Shown here: positions 13,728 through 27,361 of the stretch, one piece after another
Numbering within the stretch: position 1 is the stretch's first letter
Layout: every line of letters begins with the position of its first letter
Source of the DNA: Octopus sinensis
Taxonomy: Eukaryota
Direction of reading: 5' to 3'
Assembly: GCF_006345805.1 (NCBI RefSeq)
Contig: NC_042999.1
Location: 38,750,001 to 38,814,000 of the forward strand
DNA length: 64,000 nucleotides
The notes under the pieces: model-generated
What the model saw: only the letters and a program-made list of their open reading frames with translations
What the model was told of the DNA's origin: nothing
Database searches by the model: none
Position numbers and translations under genes: made by a program

Positions 13728-13777
13728 AGCTTCCTGAAGATTCTCTTGAATGAAACAGTTCTAGTCCTGTAGAAGCT
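13728..13777 (+). ncRNA. Type I hammerhead ribozyme motif (PLE-associated)
   Basis: agcttc-ctgaaga-ttc[tctt]gaa t-gaa-acag[ttctagtc]ctgt-a-gaagct, with predicted cleavage after 13771. It mirrors 10068-10118 with a 1-nt indel in stem II. Confidence 0.7.
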
Positions 13778-13797
13778 CCTTCTATATAATAAATAAA

Positions 13798-13828
<31 letters not shown>

Positions 13829-13836
13829 ATATGTTG

Positions 13837-13867
<31 letters not shown>

Positions 13868-14989
13868 TGTGTGTGTGTGTGTGTGTGTACATATATACAT
13901 ATAGATAGAGAGATGCAGTTTCGAACATGAATCTGTCAAGAAATTTGCTACGTATTGTGGCTCAAACCAATGTTTTGTGAGTTAGAAGGAAAATGTACGG
14001 AAATCGGTGTTATGCGCACGCGGGAGTATACATGTATGAAGGAATGCCTGTTTGTATGCATGGGTGTATATACATCTGTATGCGTATGGCCGATTTTGTG
14101 CTGGTCTCTTCCTCTTCAATACGGTTGCTGGAAGTGAATACGTTCCAGTGTGCCTATTAATAAGTGAGTGTATATGTGTTTATTTCTCCATACACTGGAA
14201 CGAAATAACTAGGCATAGCAAATTGATATTATGTAATTTCAAACTGCAGTGCAGGAAGCCATGCTTAGACATTGGAATATTGATTTTTCTACATATATAG
14301 AAGCTATTGATTCAATCTTCAGATTATAGATAATATTAATCATTAGGCACGCAATCCCCATTACATATAAAACATACATTACATGCCAACCAGACGCGCA
14401 TATATTATACACACATACACAAAAATACACACATTGATATATATATGTATATATATATACATATACATGCACGCATATATTGCATATATAAATATATATG
14501 CGTACGTCTGTGTGTGCGTACATGTATATGTACATATATGTGTACGTGTGTGGGAAATATAACTTGTTAATTTTGTTCTTCTAAAGGGAAAATCGCATTT
14601 TACTTTTCAATATGTGTGTACCGATTTCTCGGTCATCTTTTGTGTGTTTTCATTGAATTTACACTATGAATAAGTATAAAGTTCCAAGTCCATTTGTCAG
14701 GCGTCTATAAATCATGTCTATGCCAAACTCGATAGCATTTCACAGTTATGTTACAAAGAAAATAATTAAATAAAGAAAGCAAACTTAATATATTTTGTAA
14801 GTTCTTTTGGTGTGTATAGAATGTATGTATTTCGTACATACATTGCAAATGACTGTTTGCGATGTATGTACGAAATAATTTCATAAGTTCATAAGTAAAC
14901 AGTTTAGAGAACTTTTATTTATATAAAATGGGTAAAGATATCAGTGGGATGGAAAATAGTTATTTATTAACGATATATATTACATCCTC

Positions 14990-15042
<53 letters not shown>

Positions 15043-15344
15043 ATATATATATACATGTATACACGTATATATACATTATATATATACGTACATACATACA
15101 TATATACTTGTCGCATGGGATTCTTGGCAACCGTTTTCTCCTCTCGTCTTGGACTTTCTGTTTATCCTGGCTCCGTAGATTTACTATGCTCGAAATGTAC
15201 GACTACTACTCTTTACTTTTTCTGAGTGTCTTATTAATACATTGCTTGTACTACGTCCACACGCTTGCTTTTCTTTGCTTTTTCTCTCTGTCTATCTGGG
15301 TTGACTATATATATATAAATATAAATATATATATATAGTCATTA

Positions 15345-15668
15345 CAGATATAGGGTGAAATATAATTAATTTAATAAAATCAACAAATTTCACCTAGTAG
15401 TATTTCGATATGGAAAAGGACCATATTCGGTAAAAAATTATATAATTATAATAAAGGTTTTTTGCAACAAGTTGCTAAACCACATACCGAAACTTTTAGA
15501 AATAGCAGCCAGAAGACTACTATTTCCTGTTACTACAAAAATAAGTCTCCACAGACAACAATAATTGTAACTCACATATGGCAAAAAAAGAAGAAAAATA
15601 ATGAAATCACACAGTCTTCGGTTAATTATGGACGTACGTTTCTGGATTAAAATCATAAGACTCATTTC
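15345..15668 (-). mobile_element. PLE-type terminus with 3' half of a minimal hammerhead
   Basis: Shares the gaaatagcagcc and ggtgaaatt..ttgatt motifs with the other PLE ends. The minus strand has tcca-GAAACGTACGTC (palindromic stem III); the CUGAUGA half is cut off by the adjacent SINE. Confidence 0.55.
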
Positions 15669-16015
15669 CTTTAGTCGAGCAAATCGACCCCACGACTTAT
15701 TCTTTGTAAGCCTAGTACTTATTCAATCGGTCTCGTTTGCCGAACCGCTAAGTTACGGGGACGTAAACACACCACCATCGGTTGTCAAGCGATGTTAGGA
15801 GGACAATCACAAACATATACACACACATGTACATATATATACATATATAAGACGGGCTTCCTTCAGTTTCCCTCTACCAAATCCACTCACAAGGTTTTGG
15901 TCGGCACGAGGCTATAGTAGAAGACACTTGCCCAAGGTTCCACGCAGTGGGAATGAACCCGGAACCATGTGGTTGGTAAGCATGCTACTTACATCATAGC
16001 CACTCCTGCGCCTAT
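15669..16015 (-). mobile_element. SINE family A (3' tail truncated)
   Basis: Reverse complement of the family consensus from tttagtcgagcaaatcgacccc to gccactcctgcgcctat. Confidence 0.92.
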
Positions 16016-17506
16016 AAAATAAATAAAATAAATTCCAGTCAGCCCTATGTGTAGATCCAAGACCCTATTATTCATAGTTAGTTTGTGATTTCAGAGAAAT
16101 TTCTCTGTCATACCTTACATGTTAATTGCCAAGGGAATTATTCATCTTTTGATCATATACGTTGGATATGCGGAATACGTATTTATTATTTCTATTAGAT
16201 TCAGTTGCCCCATTGTGTTTAACCCGTTCGCACGTTACCTGAGTGTAGTTGTTTATATAATTGTGAATTCGCGGTGCATTGCATTTTGTTGTATTTTGTA
16301 TCTTTTTAATATATTTCATTGCATATATACGTGTGTTTCATATATTTTTTGTTGTCTGTGTAAAAAGTCGCTATGAAAGCAAGCAGGAGAAAGAGGCTCG
16401 ACGAAATAAGCTAGGAGGAAATATATATTTATGAAAGAAAGAAACCGTACGGTAATTTGTTATTTCAAACGGAATCCATATATATAAATACGACGAGGAC
16501 AATGACGTAATGTGATCACAGAATAGTTGAGAGAGAGGGGAAGAGAAGATTGGGAGAGTGAGAGAGAAAGAGGGAGAGTGAGGCAGACAGAGAAAGAAAG
16601 GAATGTTGGCGCTGGGAAATAGGAGAATAGGATTATACTATGAAGCTGTAAATTTAGTTAAAGGAGGCGAGAGAGGAAGGGAGAGAGAGAGAGCGAGAGA
16701 GAAAGGAATCGGCAAATCGAATATATTTAGCGCTAGGTAATATGGTATATTTGAAAGAAGCAATGAGAGGGAGGGAGATAGAGAGCGTGAGAGAATGTAA
16801 GAACAGAGAGGAAGGTGGAGGAGAGAGAGGGATAGAATGGAAGGGAGTGAGCGTACAAGTTTGTGCTGTTGCATGATTTTAAGCATCGTACGATAAAATA
16901 TTCTGTCAGACTGTCGGACAACGAAAATAGAGATTTAGTTGTTGATATCGGTGTGAAATGTTCAAACGTCTCTAGAGTGTCTATCATTCTTTGTCACAAG
17001 TACCCGTCTACATAAGTACCCGTCTACGTAAATAGAATGTAACAAGCTGGATGATTTAGTCTATCGATGGAAATATTAGCAAACAACTGTGTAGATTCCA
17101 CTTTTTGTTCCAGACCAAAAGCTGTTGCCAGGCTAGAGTACCACAATTATTCAGTTCCTTCTTGCTACTAATTAGGCTTAAATGTTTATCTGTATTGTTA
17201 GCCAAATAAATAGACGGATAGATAAGAATAATGATACGCAGGTAAGGACATAGTTTTGCAGATACATCGGTGTGTGTGTGTGTGTATATATATATTACGG
17301 AGATGTACTTGCATAGCAAGTGACCTAATCTGAAATAGTGTGCTGGAACGAAAACAATTGCAGTGTGGAAGGTGTTTATAAGCCATTTAAGAAACACACA
17401 AAAACCGTTAGAATGACTTCAACATTTTAATTTGTCGAAATATTTTCGTCGTTTTGAAACCGCGACCTGTTCACTGACAAAGTTTCGTGCTGTTTATATG
17501 TATATA

Positions 17507-18165
17507 CGAGGGGTACCGAAAATTAACCAGAAACGTTCTCTGTGGGACAATCTTCTCGTCCCACAGGTTTTCGCTGCTAGAAACTATTTGGTGCAACGCT
17601 CACGCATGAGTCTACCGATCGGCGCTATTCGGTCCAGTCGTACTGCCACATGTTGCGTCTGTGTTTTTGCAGTGCTTCTCTCCTGCTCGTCGATTTTTGC
17701 GATGGCTGAAACTAAGGAACAAGGTCTTTCCGCGAAATTCTGTTTACTGCCGGGGAAAAAGGCGGCCGAAACAGTTGTCATGCTTCAAACAGCTTACAAA
17801 GACGTTGCCATGAGCAAAGCACAGGCTTACTAGCGTTTTCTACATTTTAGAGCTACCGTCGACCACGCCGAATGAATGAAAACAGCACGAAAATTCATGA
17901 AGGACCGTCCCCGAACAACTGGCGATCTTGTTGATATGACTGATGTGTCCTGGAGCTCCTGCAAACGAAATCTGAGCGAATGAAAAGAGTTGCAGCAAAA
18001 TTTGTGCCTCACTTGCTCATGGAAGATGAAAAGCAATCACGACTGAAAACGCGTCATGAACTTAAAGGACATTTAGAAGTTGGGCAGAACCTTTTTGCAA
18101 AGGTCAACACTGGTGACGAAAACTGGTCCTATGGCAACGACCCGGAAACGAAGCCACGATCAAGT
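17507..18165 (+). mobile_element. Mariner transposon remnant, 5' half (left TIR after TA, 3'-truncated)
   Basis: TA|cgaggggtaccgaaa terminus; MAETKEQGLSAKFCLLPGKKAAETVVMLQTAYKDVAMSKAQAY*; MKRVAAKFVPHLL...KVNTGDENWSYGNDPETK (WVPHEL-like and TGDE motifs). Confidence 0.88.
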
Positions 18166-18893
18166 AAACAGTTGGAAGAAGGCAGTCTGGGTCAAATGCT
18201 TATTTTGGTTGTCTCTACATGTATACTTGGCCGGCGGTCGGAAATTAGGTAAAGGATGACTTGTCCAAGAAAATAGCATTCTTCCACTTTTCTTGGGATC
18301 GATTCTGTAGGTTTCTACTCTACTTTAAACGCTTTGCACCGTTTGTTTTTGAAAGCAGTGGTTTTCTGATTGCAACCATCTAGTGATATACGTCTTTGTA
18401 CAGCTCCCGGCGAACAGTTTTTGTGGAAACTGGGCTCTTGAGGTGGTCATTAAGCTCTGCAGTAATTTTGGGAGCTGTACTTTTGCGACCCTTTCTAACA
18501 ATTCGCGTAAGAGTCCGACGGTCCCATCTGAAATTTTGGGCTTTCTTCGGAGTCTTGTTTCGACGAGGAAGTTTTTCCCTCTTTCTCAAAACTGGTAGTA
18601 CTCCATGATACATCAAACATTTCGTCTGTTTTCGTTACGCTAGCGCCTGCCATACGAGCACCAACAATTTGACTTCTATGAAGGTCCGATAGATGTGACA
18701 TGTTAATGAATTTTAATTACCTTTTTTCTCATGATATTTGAAACGAAACAGCATTTTTCGCAAAGCATATTAAGCAACACTAATAATAAATAAAAAAAAA
18801 CATAAAAATAAACTAGTTTTTGACGGATCTATAGATATTTCAAAGTTATGATGCTATGATGCTAAGTGTTTCCATTAATTTGTCCATTCCCTG
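18166..18893 (-). mobile_element. Tc1-like transposon remnant, 5' half (TIR + paired-type HTH up to the first catalytic D region)
   Basis: The minus strand starts TA|cagggaatggacaaattaatggaaacac; MSHLSDLHRSQIVGARMAGASVTKT...RRTLTRIVRK..TAPKITAELNDHLKSPVSTKTVRREL...WKNAIFLDKSSF..FPTAGQVY. Confidence 0.88.
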
Positions 18894-19820
18894 TAGATCA
18901 TATATCACGTAGCGTATGTGATTTAGTGCAATAAATTATGAAACATTTTTTAAAAATAAACTATGGACATAAGCAAACAATTGAAAGGAGGAGAGGTATA
19001 TATTGGCTACAGCCTTTATACATATTCTCAAACTTTACCAACGTACTGTATTAGACTAATATTATAGTTATTAATACATCCATATTACCTCGATTTCGAT
19101 TTCTCTTACAGCCGTTCTTGATGGTGCGGATTTTTCCTTGGACAAAGAATTCGGAGTTTAAGTGTAAGTATTTTGGAAGTTGTTTAAGTTCTTTACTTTT
19201 TGACGTAAAATGCAAAATAATAAAAAACAACTCATCAAGTATCAGAGGTATAGGAATAGAGCTTTCTGAATGTCTTCTTCCTGAGATTGTACCTTCGATA
19301 TTACCTATATGGATTTTTATACTATCTCAAGAATCAAATGCTTTTTACATCTTATAATTTTCAAAATGATTGTGGAATTTTCACAAGTTCGACTTATATA
19401 AATTAGTCAAGCAGAATTAGACCAAATGTGATTTTCGACCTAAATGAGGGTATGCAGTCGGTTGAATGTATAATTCTAAAAAATCAATATAATTACATTC
19501 AGCAGCCAAAATGAGACAGTTCCATTGAAGAAAAGACAGGAAGAAAGAGGGTGAGAGAGAAAGAAAGAGAGAGATGTGGGGGATGATGGTTTAAGCGTAA
19601 TTAATTATGGAATACGACTCCTGCATCGACTGGTGTGTATCTACTTTTGCATATATGTAGTGATCTCTGTGACTACGATTTAGATTCTGGGTTCATCTTA
19701 GTAGAGGATAACCAGATAAAAGTGTTTTTAATTGTATCGGGAATGCCACATGTGTTTATGATGCTTAAATAATGTGGATGAAACCTAGGAACATTTTATC
19801 AAAATTATTATTTCCTAAGA

Positions 19821-20213
19821 TACTCTTTTACTCTTTTACTAGTTTCAGTAATTTGACTGTGGCCATGCTGGAGCACCGCCTTTAGTCGAGCAAATCGACC
19901 CCGGAACATATTCTTTGTAAACCCAGTACTTATTCTATCGGTCTCTTTTGCTGAACCGCTACGTGACGGGGACGTAAACACACCAGCATCGGTTGTCAAG
20001 CAATGCTAGGGGACAAACACATACACACACATACATATATATATATACATATATACGACAGGCTTCTTTCAGTTTCCGTCTACCAAATCCACTCACAAGG
20101 CATTGGTCGGCCCGGGGCTATAGCAGAAGACACTTGCTCAAGGTGCCACGCAGTGGGACCGAACCCGGAACCATGTGGTTGGTAAACAAACTACCTTCCA
20201 CACAGCCACTCCT
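19821..20213 (-). mobile_element. Full-length SINE family A
   Basis: Reverse complement of the family head, body and aaaagag tail. Confidence 0.92.
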
Positions 20214-22999
20214 GAGATGTTGTATTATAATTATAATCATAGTCAAGGCAGGGGTGAATGCCGTTTCAAACTGGGTAGATAGCACGTACACATCTGCTAC
20301 GTAAGGCTCTAATTAAAAGACGTGGCTACTATTTATAACAATTCGAACGGTTAAACAGAAATTCATTTTTGACTCTTTGCGAGCACTAAGTGGTCAGTAT
20401 TCATGCAGAATAGTAGCGCGTTCTATGATGCTGCGTTTAGAAGGATATGTTTATTACATATTGATATGTTTTGCTCGGTTTAAGAAGAAACGCCTTGAAA
20501 GCAAATATATCAACGGAGCTTGAAAATGATCGTAATTTTGAGACATTTGAAGTGGAATTAAATAAATCCAGCTAGTTTTACTCGAGCAAGGAAAACAATA
20601 TCTTTCAAAGAAACCAACGTCGAGTTTTGTGCATGCGTTGTAAAAACGACGGAAATTGTGTCGTATGCAAAACAAATTGCAAGGTATATTGGAAGGCACA
20701 TTTTGCAGCAAGGCAGTGAGTTGAAGATTGAGCAAAGGAGAAAAACCGGGGCGCGAGAGAAATATTGACTAAGAGAGAGTGGTGAATTGTGCGTTCAACG
20801 GTGATATTGATTTTATATATGGTTATTAATTAGCGAATCTCGGTCGTGCTTCTTCTGGCGTGTGGTTTGTGTGCACGTGATGTTATTCTTGTTGCTATAG
20901 TTTACTCGCAGGTGAACCCTATGTAGACAGACGTATGGTGAATTTTATTCCGGTTTTGATAATAAAACGTTTTTGTTTTCTTCTCTGCAGGGACCATTGG
21001 GCCTTATTGCCAAAAGCATTCTTTTAAAGAACTTTATATTGCGGTTACAGTGATCTTTCCAATTTATAGTAGGGTAGCAGTTCTTCATACTTTGAACATA
21101 ACAGAATAAGGAACAGGTTAGAGATCTTTCACAAGTGCATTTGAATATAGATGTGTAATTTTTACAGGATGCTCGTGTGTACATATATTGCATTTCATTC
21201 ATATGTGTGTGTGGATGAGCGTGTAGTTTTCCCTATAAAACGACATTCTGAAAGCAAACATAAGAGCGGTGCTTGAAGAGGCGAAATTGAACGAAAGAAA
21301 TATTGATGGAAGAACGAACCGAAATTTTAATTTCAGGATATTTGAACTGGAAAGAAATTAATCAAGCTAGGCTAACACAAATTTATTCTCCAAAGTATGC
21401 AATCTCGCCGTCAAATTCATGATTTATGTGTGTGGTTCATATTGAAAACACTAATGATACATTGGACATAAAATAAATTTCGACAATCTTCTCTTGACCA
21501 TTCATTTAAAACAGACACAGCTGCGTATTACACGATACAGCATGGAAATATACCGAATAAAACATTGTTTATAATACAGCCATATTATTTAAAATTCCTC
21601 AGAGAACTGAAAAGTTACACGTCAAAAATGAACAAACATATCACCCTGGTAAGATGCGAAGAAGTTACTAATTGTTGAATGTAATTTCAAAGTAATTGTT
21701 GAACTGCTATATCTTACTATGATGATTTGAAAATCTACGCAAGATCGCTTTCAATCTTGTCAAAAACGGGAATAATAAGACACAGTGCAAATATTAATTT
21801 CTTTCAGATCGCATTCAATGTAAAAGATCTAGGAACATCGACAGGCCCACAAACATCATTGTTCGAAGGTAAAATTTAAGAAAGTAAAAAATATGGAAAA
21901 TATGGAAAATATTTCATAAGAAACTAATACTAAAGAATACCATCGCTATTCGACATTCAAATCGTTGAGGAAAATGTTATTTCTCATATATTACATATAC
22001 ATACATACACACACATACATACGCACGTACATACATACATACATACATACATACGTACATATACATACACACACATATATATTCATATGTATATACTCAC
22101 GTTTATATAAATATAGGCATATGTGTGGGCATGTGCGCGTGTGTGTGTACATGTATATATAATTACAAATACACTCATGTATACGCTTGCACATACATAC
22201 ATACGCCTGTACTTTTATTCTTGTATGAGACTCTGTCTTTGTTTATGTAAGACTCTGGTTGCCAAGTAGTGTACGTAGTTCAGAGAATAATCAAAACGAA
22301 ATGCAAAAGTGATTGAAAAGAAAGTAGCTTTAGAAGATATACAATAATATCCAAGAAAAATCTATAAACACCCATATAATTTGCTATTTAAACTAACATA
22401 GTTTGAAGAACAACGCGTATGGAAGCAAAATAAATGGATATGATGGAAATACTAATATTATTGATTATAAATTTTAATTTCAGAGACTGCCTAAATACTT
22501 GCATTATTACAGTAGAAATTCACTGGTGTATTGTATGGATATATTCAACCATTTAACCAGTGGGTCAGGTATTCAGTATGAATCGCATACATTTCCTTCC
22601 TGAAGCAAACAATTGACTGTCTTATTAAGAATTCAGAATTCTATAGCTATTGTTTCGAATATGGTATGAAAACAAACGATTGGTTATGTGTATTCTAATT
22701 TCCATGTAGCGTATTGCTTTGCAAACATTACTTTATTTACTTATTTCGCTTGATGTAGCTTCTTGTTCAGGAAACCAATGCAATGTTCATACTGTCTTCC
22801 ATGTATCTATGTATTCAGTTGAGATGAACGCAGGTTAGCGGACAAATATAACTGTTTAATCAATGAAACAAACGCTTATGGCTATTATCTTTCATAAAAT
22901 GTTTAGTGTAAGATGAGAAGCGTATATTGTATTCATTCGAAGACTCCCAAGGGTCAATAACATTTAAATTGATCGGTCTTCTTTTCTCTTTTCTCTTAG

Positions 23000-23162
23000 C
23001 ACCACACTGTGAATCACATTAAGTCAGGCGTAAATGCCAGAACCACAATCCGTGTCTTCCTCCAGATTGACACAATATTTTTATAGACAAAGCGGGAATG
23101 AATATATGAATAAACAATGCCAGTCCATAAAATAATAAGATACATCGGATGACATGGAAACG
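23000..23162 (+). other. Candidate exon (mostly untranslated, possible start codon near its 3' end)
   Basis: Strong acceptor cttcttttctcttttctcttag| and donor ACG|gtaagg. All three frames contain stops. ATG at 23149 gives ATG ACA TGG AAA CG| (phase 2). Confidence 0.3.
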
Positions 23163-23639
23163 GTAAGGGGGTGCAACAATACAGAGAAATGAATGAATAT
23201 TACAAGCTATGAATGTGTCTATATTCAACTACTGAAAATATGATTCTAATAATTGATTCTTTTTTCTCTCTACCGAATCCGAAGTAAAATATTGATGATA
23301 TATTACAAACCACTGCTCCCTGTCCTGGTATATATGATTTCTTTTACTGGCGTGATATATCATACATTTCTTATCTGAAATAATTATTTCCCATAGGATC
23401 CCATAGGCATGAATCGTAATTATAACATAACATATATTAGATGCTAAAGGATTTAGGGTTTTGCAAGCATCACTACAATTTTAGGGAAATTAATTCAATG
23501 CAGGCATGAATATTATGTTTAGCAAATATTTAAAATCTTAAGGAACAATGTATGCGATGGTGTGAGGTGTGTTCTCTCTGAATAATTACCGTTAAATCAT
23601 ATGGTATGGGAGGAATGTTTATGATATCATATATTATAT

Positions 23640-23660
23640 TATCTATCTATCTATCTAACG

Positions 23661-23742
<82 letters not shown>

Positions 23743-23775
23743 TTATCTTTCTATCTATCTATCTGTCTGTCTATC
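23640..23775. repeat. (TATC)n microsatellite
   Basis: Direct sequence. Confidence 0.97.
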
Positions 23776-24931
23776 TACTGTTGCTACCACCATGGTAGCA
23801 AAAGTATGTATTTCTGTCTATTTATCCATATCCTGATTTATTTGGAGATATGGTAGTCATACAATTATCATAATTTCTCTTTATCACATCACTAGGTTCT
23901 TATATAAAATAATGAAATAAATTGTAACTTTTAGAAACAAGTATTTATTACCGTGATATAAAATTAATTAAAGAAGGTTTCTCATTTGTTAACTCCTAGC
24001 ATAAATACTCTGTCAGTTACTCCCTCTCCTTCCCCGTCCACTGCCCTCTACTCATTTCACTTTTGATTCTTTCTCTCTCATGTTTAGCGTTTAGTATTCA
24101 ACTACTCATTGCCTGCTATGAAGCCTAGTACGTGCATTCATCCTGTAAATCTTATACTGATTCGAAATCTCTCTTTTACTCTTATTCCACATATCGGTAT
24201 ATGATGTAAAACACGAGTGGAGAAATGAACCAACTAAAGAGTCAACCTGCAAACATTATTATCGGCTACTATGATTGAGATATATTAGCTTATGAGTTTT
24301 TTAGTGTATGTGTACGTAAGAAAAATTTTATACACATAATGCATAAAATCAGACAGACGCAAATAAATAAATTCAAAATATGGAAGCAAAATTGCTTCCA
24401 CGATGACACTCCACCTGCTTCATATTGTCGGCAGATCTCCTTCATCAATTTCTTTTCTTGTAAAAGAAAAAAAATCAGGTTGTACCTTGAACAATGTGAA
24501 CGGTGGCTCAACGTAGGCGGAGAAATAAGAACTTCGGTCATGTACGTAATATTTTTGAATATAAGTCTACTCAATCAAAGCTGATATGGAATGGCATATA
24601 TTTATTTTGAAAGCATTAGACATTATGTATTATACATAACACATTGAATGTATAATAGACTTCCCTCTCTCTCTCTCTCTCATATTTCTCACTCACTCTC
24701 TCTCTCTATCTCTCTCTTTAATTTCCCTCTTTCTGTCCTCTGTCTCTACATAATATTCACAATACATGTGTAAGATTTTGTGCATATCGCATATCGTTAT
24801 GCCACATGTAACTTTTTACAGACGCATACCTGCGATATGCAGTTAATCATGTTGCTAGTGTACGTTGTATTACATCACTAAGATACCGCCAAACGCCTTT
24901 CTTTTTGTTCAATTTTATTGTTTGTATGATT

Positions 24932-25320
24932 GGGTGTGTGGTAAGTAGCTTGTTTACCAACCACATGGTTCGGGTTCAGTCCCACTGCCTGGCACCTTGA
25001 GCAAGTGTCTTCTACTATAGCCTCGGCCCGACCAAAGCCTTGTGAGCGGATTTGGTAGACGGAAACTGAAAGAAACCCGTCGTATATATGTATATATATA
25101 TGTTTGTGTGTCTGCGTTTGACCCCCAACATCGCTTTACAACCGATGCTGGTGTGTTTACGTCCCCGTAACTTAGCGGTTCGTCAAAAGATATCGATAGA
25201 ATAAGTACTAGGCTTACAAATAATAAGTCCTGGGGTCGATTTGCTCGACTAAAGGCGGTGCTCCAGCATGCTCACAGTCACATGACTGAAACAAGTAAAC
25301 AGTAAAAGTAAAAGTAAGTA
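24932..25320 (+). mobile_element. SINE family A
   Basis: Matches the family consensus from gtgtgtggtaagtag to gactgaaacaagtaaa. Confidence 0.92.
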
Positions 25321-25756
25321 AAATATACAGTAAACTAGGTTTCTCCAATCCAAATATATACTGGCTGGTGTATATTTTCCTGGCGATATGTTATGCATAG
25401 GTTATGCCCGCTGAAAGGTGCCTGTTCTCATTCGTAACATTATTTACGCTTTGTAGATGGAGTTGCACAAACGTACAGCTCTCATCATTTCTGGGCGGCT
25501 TGTGTTGTAAGTATTATTGTAACTAGTTGCCATTTGTAAGTCCGTGTTTCACATCTAATATATCACTTTACTGAGTGCATGCTCATAAATACATCACACA
25601 AACACACACATTCACACACAAACACACACACACAAACATTCACACACAAACACACACACACACACTCGCACACACATTTATATATGTAAGTATATATTAA
25701 TATATATGCTTACATATGTATCAATCTATTTATCTAATTATCTGTGTCTGTCTGCT

Positions 25757-25787
<31 letters not shown>

Positions 25788-25971
25788 TTGTCCTCTTCCT
25801 CTCCTTTTACGATCCCTTTTGATCGACCCCCCCTTTTTTATTTTATTTTTATTTTATTTTATTTTTTTTATTTTTTATTTATTTATTTATTTTTTTAAAC
25901 CTTCAAAAGAAAAGCTCTACCTTGTAATTTGTTCTATCTGTGTGCAGCCCTGTGTGGCTAATAAAGAAACA

Positions 25972-26272
<301 letters not shown>

Positions 26273-26274
26273 GT

Positions 26275-26545
26275 CCAGGACGACAAAGAGCGTGAGTGGA
26301 TTTCATAGACGGTAATTGAAAGAAGCCCGTCGTATATACATTTAATATACATATGTGTGTGTGTCTTTGTTTCTGTGTCTGCGTACCCCAACCCACATCA
26401 AAGTTTGACGACTGGTATTGGTGTGTTTACGTTCCTAGGCTCTAGGCTTCAAAATAATCTTAGTGTCGATTTTTCGACTGAAAACCTTGAAGGGGTGCCC
26501 AAAAATGGCTGCATTGAAAGGAACAAAACAAGTAAAAGATAAAAA
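26275..26545 (+). mobile_element. Diverged 5'-truncated SINE family A
   Basis: gtgagtggattt..agacggtaattgaaagaagcccgtcgtata through aacaagtaaaagataaaa. Confidence 0.75.
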
Positions 26546-26907
26546 ATAGTATATACATCTACGTTGGCAAATAGATTTCAATCTGTAGTATTGCTACTAC
26601 TTATTCAGAGATTTAAAACTATTTCTCCTTACGAGATAGATGAGTGTGTCACTTTAAAAGTATATAACTCGGGCAAGGCCTAGTGCTGCTATCACTAGCC
26701 AAATGTTATCCTGTGCCGATGAAGTGAAATAATCCGGGAACATTGGTTCGCAGTCACTGTTTAATACTGAGTGGGGACATTAGCTCATTTGTTCAAAGTC
26801 TTAGGACGCAGTTGTACGTCGAGATTCAGCTGGAAAAGAGGTTTTAATGGGACACAAAAAGGTAGTAACAACGTCCTAATCAAAACTGCCACTTTCTCTT
26901 TGTATCA

Positions 26908-26998
<91 letters not shown>

Positions 26999-27231
26999 GT
27001 GTATGTATGTATACACAGAGACAAAAATAAATATTTATTATATATCTAAAGATATCATGATGAACTGTGTTTATATCGTTAATTCTTCTCTATAGTACCT
27101 CGATTTGGATTTCTCTTATAACGACCATTCTCTACTGCATGTGCTTTCCCTAGAAGAGATTTGGGAGATAAGTTTAAATACCTTTGTGTTTTCTATGCTG
27201 AGTTTACCCAGCTCAGACCTATTGTCAATAT

Positions 27232-27267
<36 letters not shown>

Positions 27268-27361
27268 ATGAGGGAGATAAATTGAATATTGATTTAATTA
27301 ATATCAATTTAAAACCAGTAGCCTAGCATACAAAAACCTGAAGAATTAGAGAAAATTCTAA

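Larger units (their letters stand above)
10051..13794. repeat. Giant inverted repeat/palindrome: arms ~10051-11935 and ~11965-13794, ~30-nt spacer
   Basis: Unique blocks (10051-10360, 10830-11125, 11760-11880) recur as reverse complements (13490-13794, 12720-13030, 11975-12090). The ORF track shows identical peptides on opposite strands (10873+/12746-, 11170-/12010+). Confidence 0.95.

Noticed and set aside
19085-19110. Motif tacctcgattt.gatttctctta shared with ~27096-27120
   Set aside because: It is probably the common end of an unclassified repeat family, too short and diverged to interpret.
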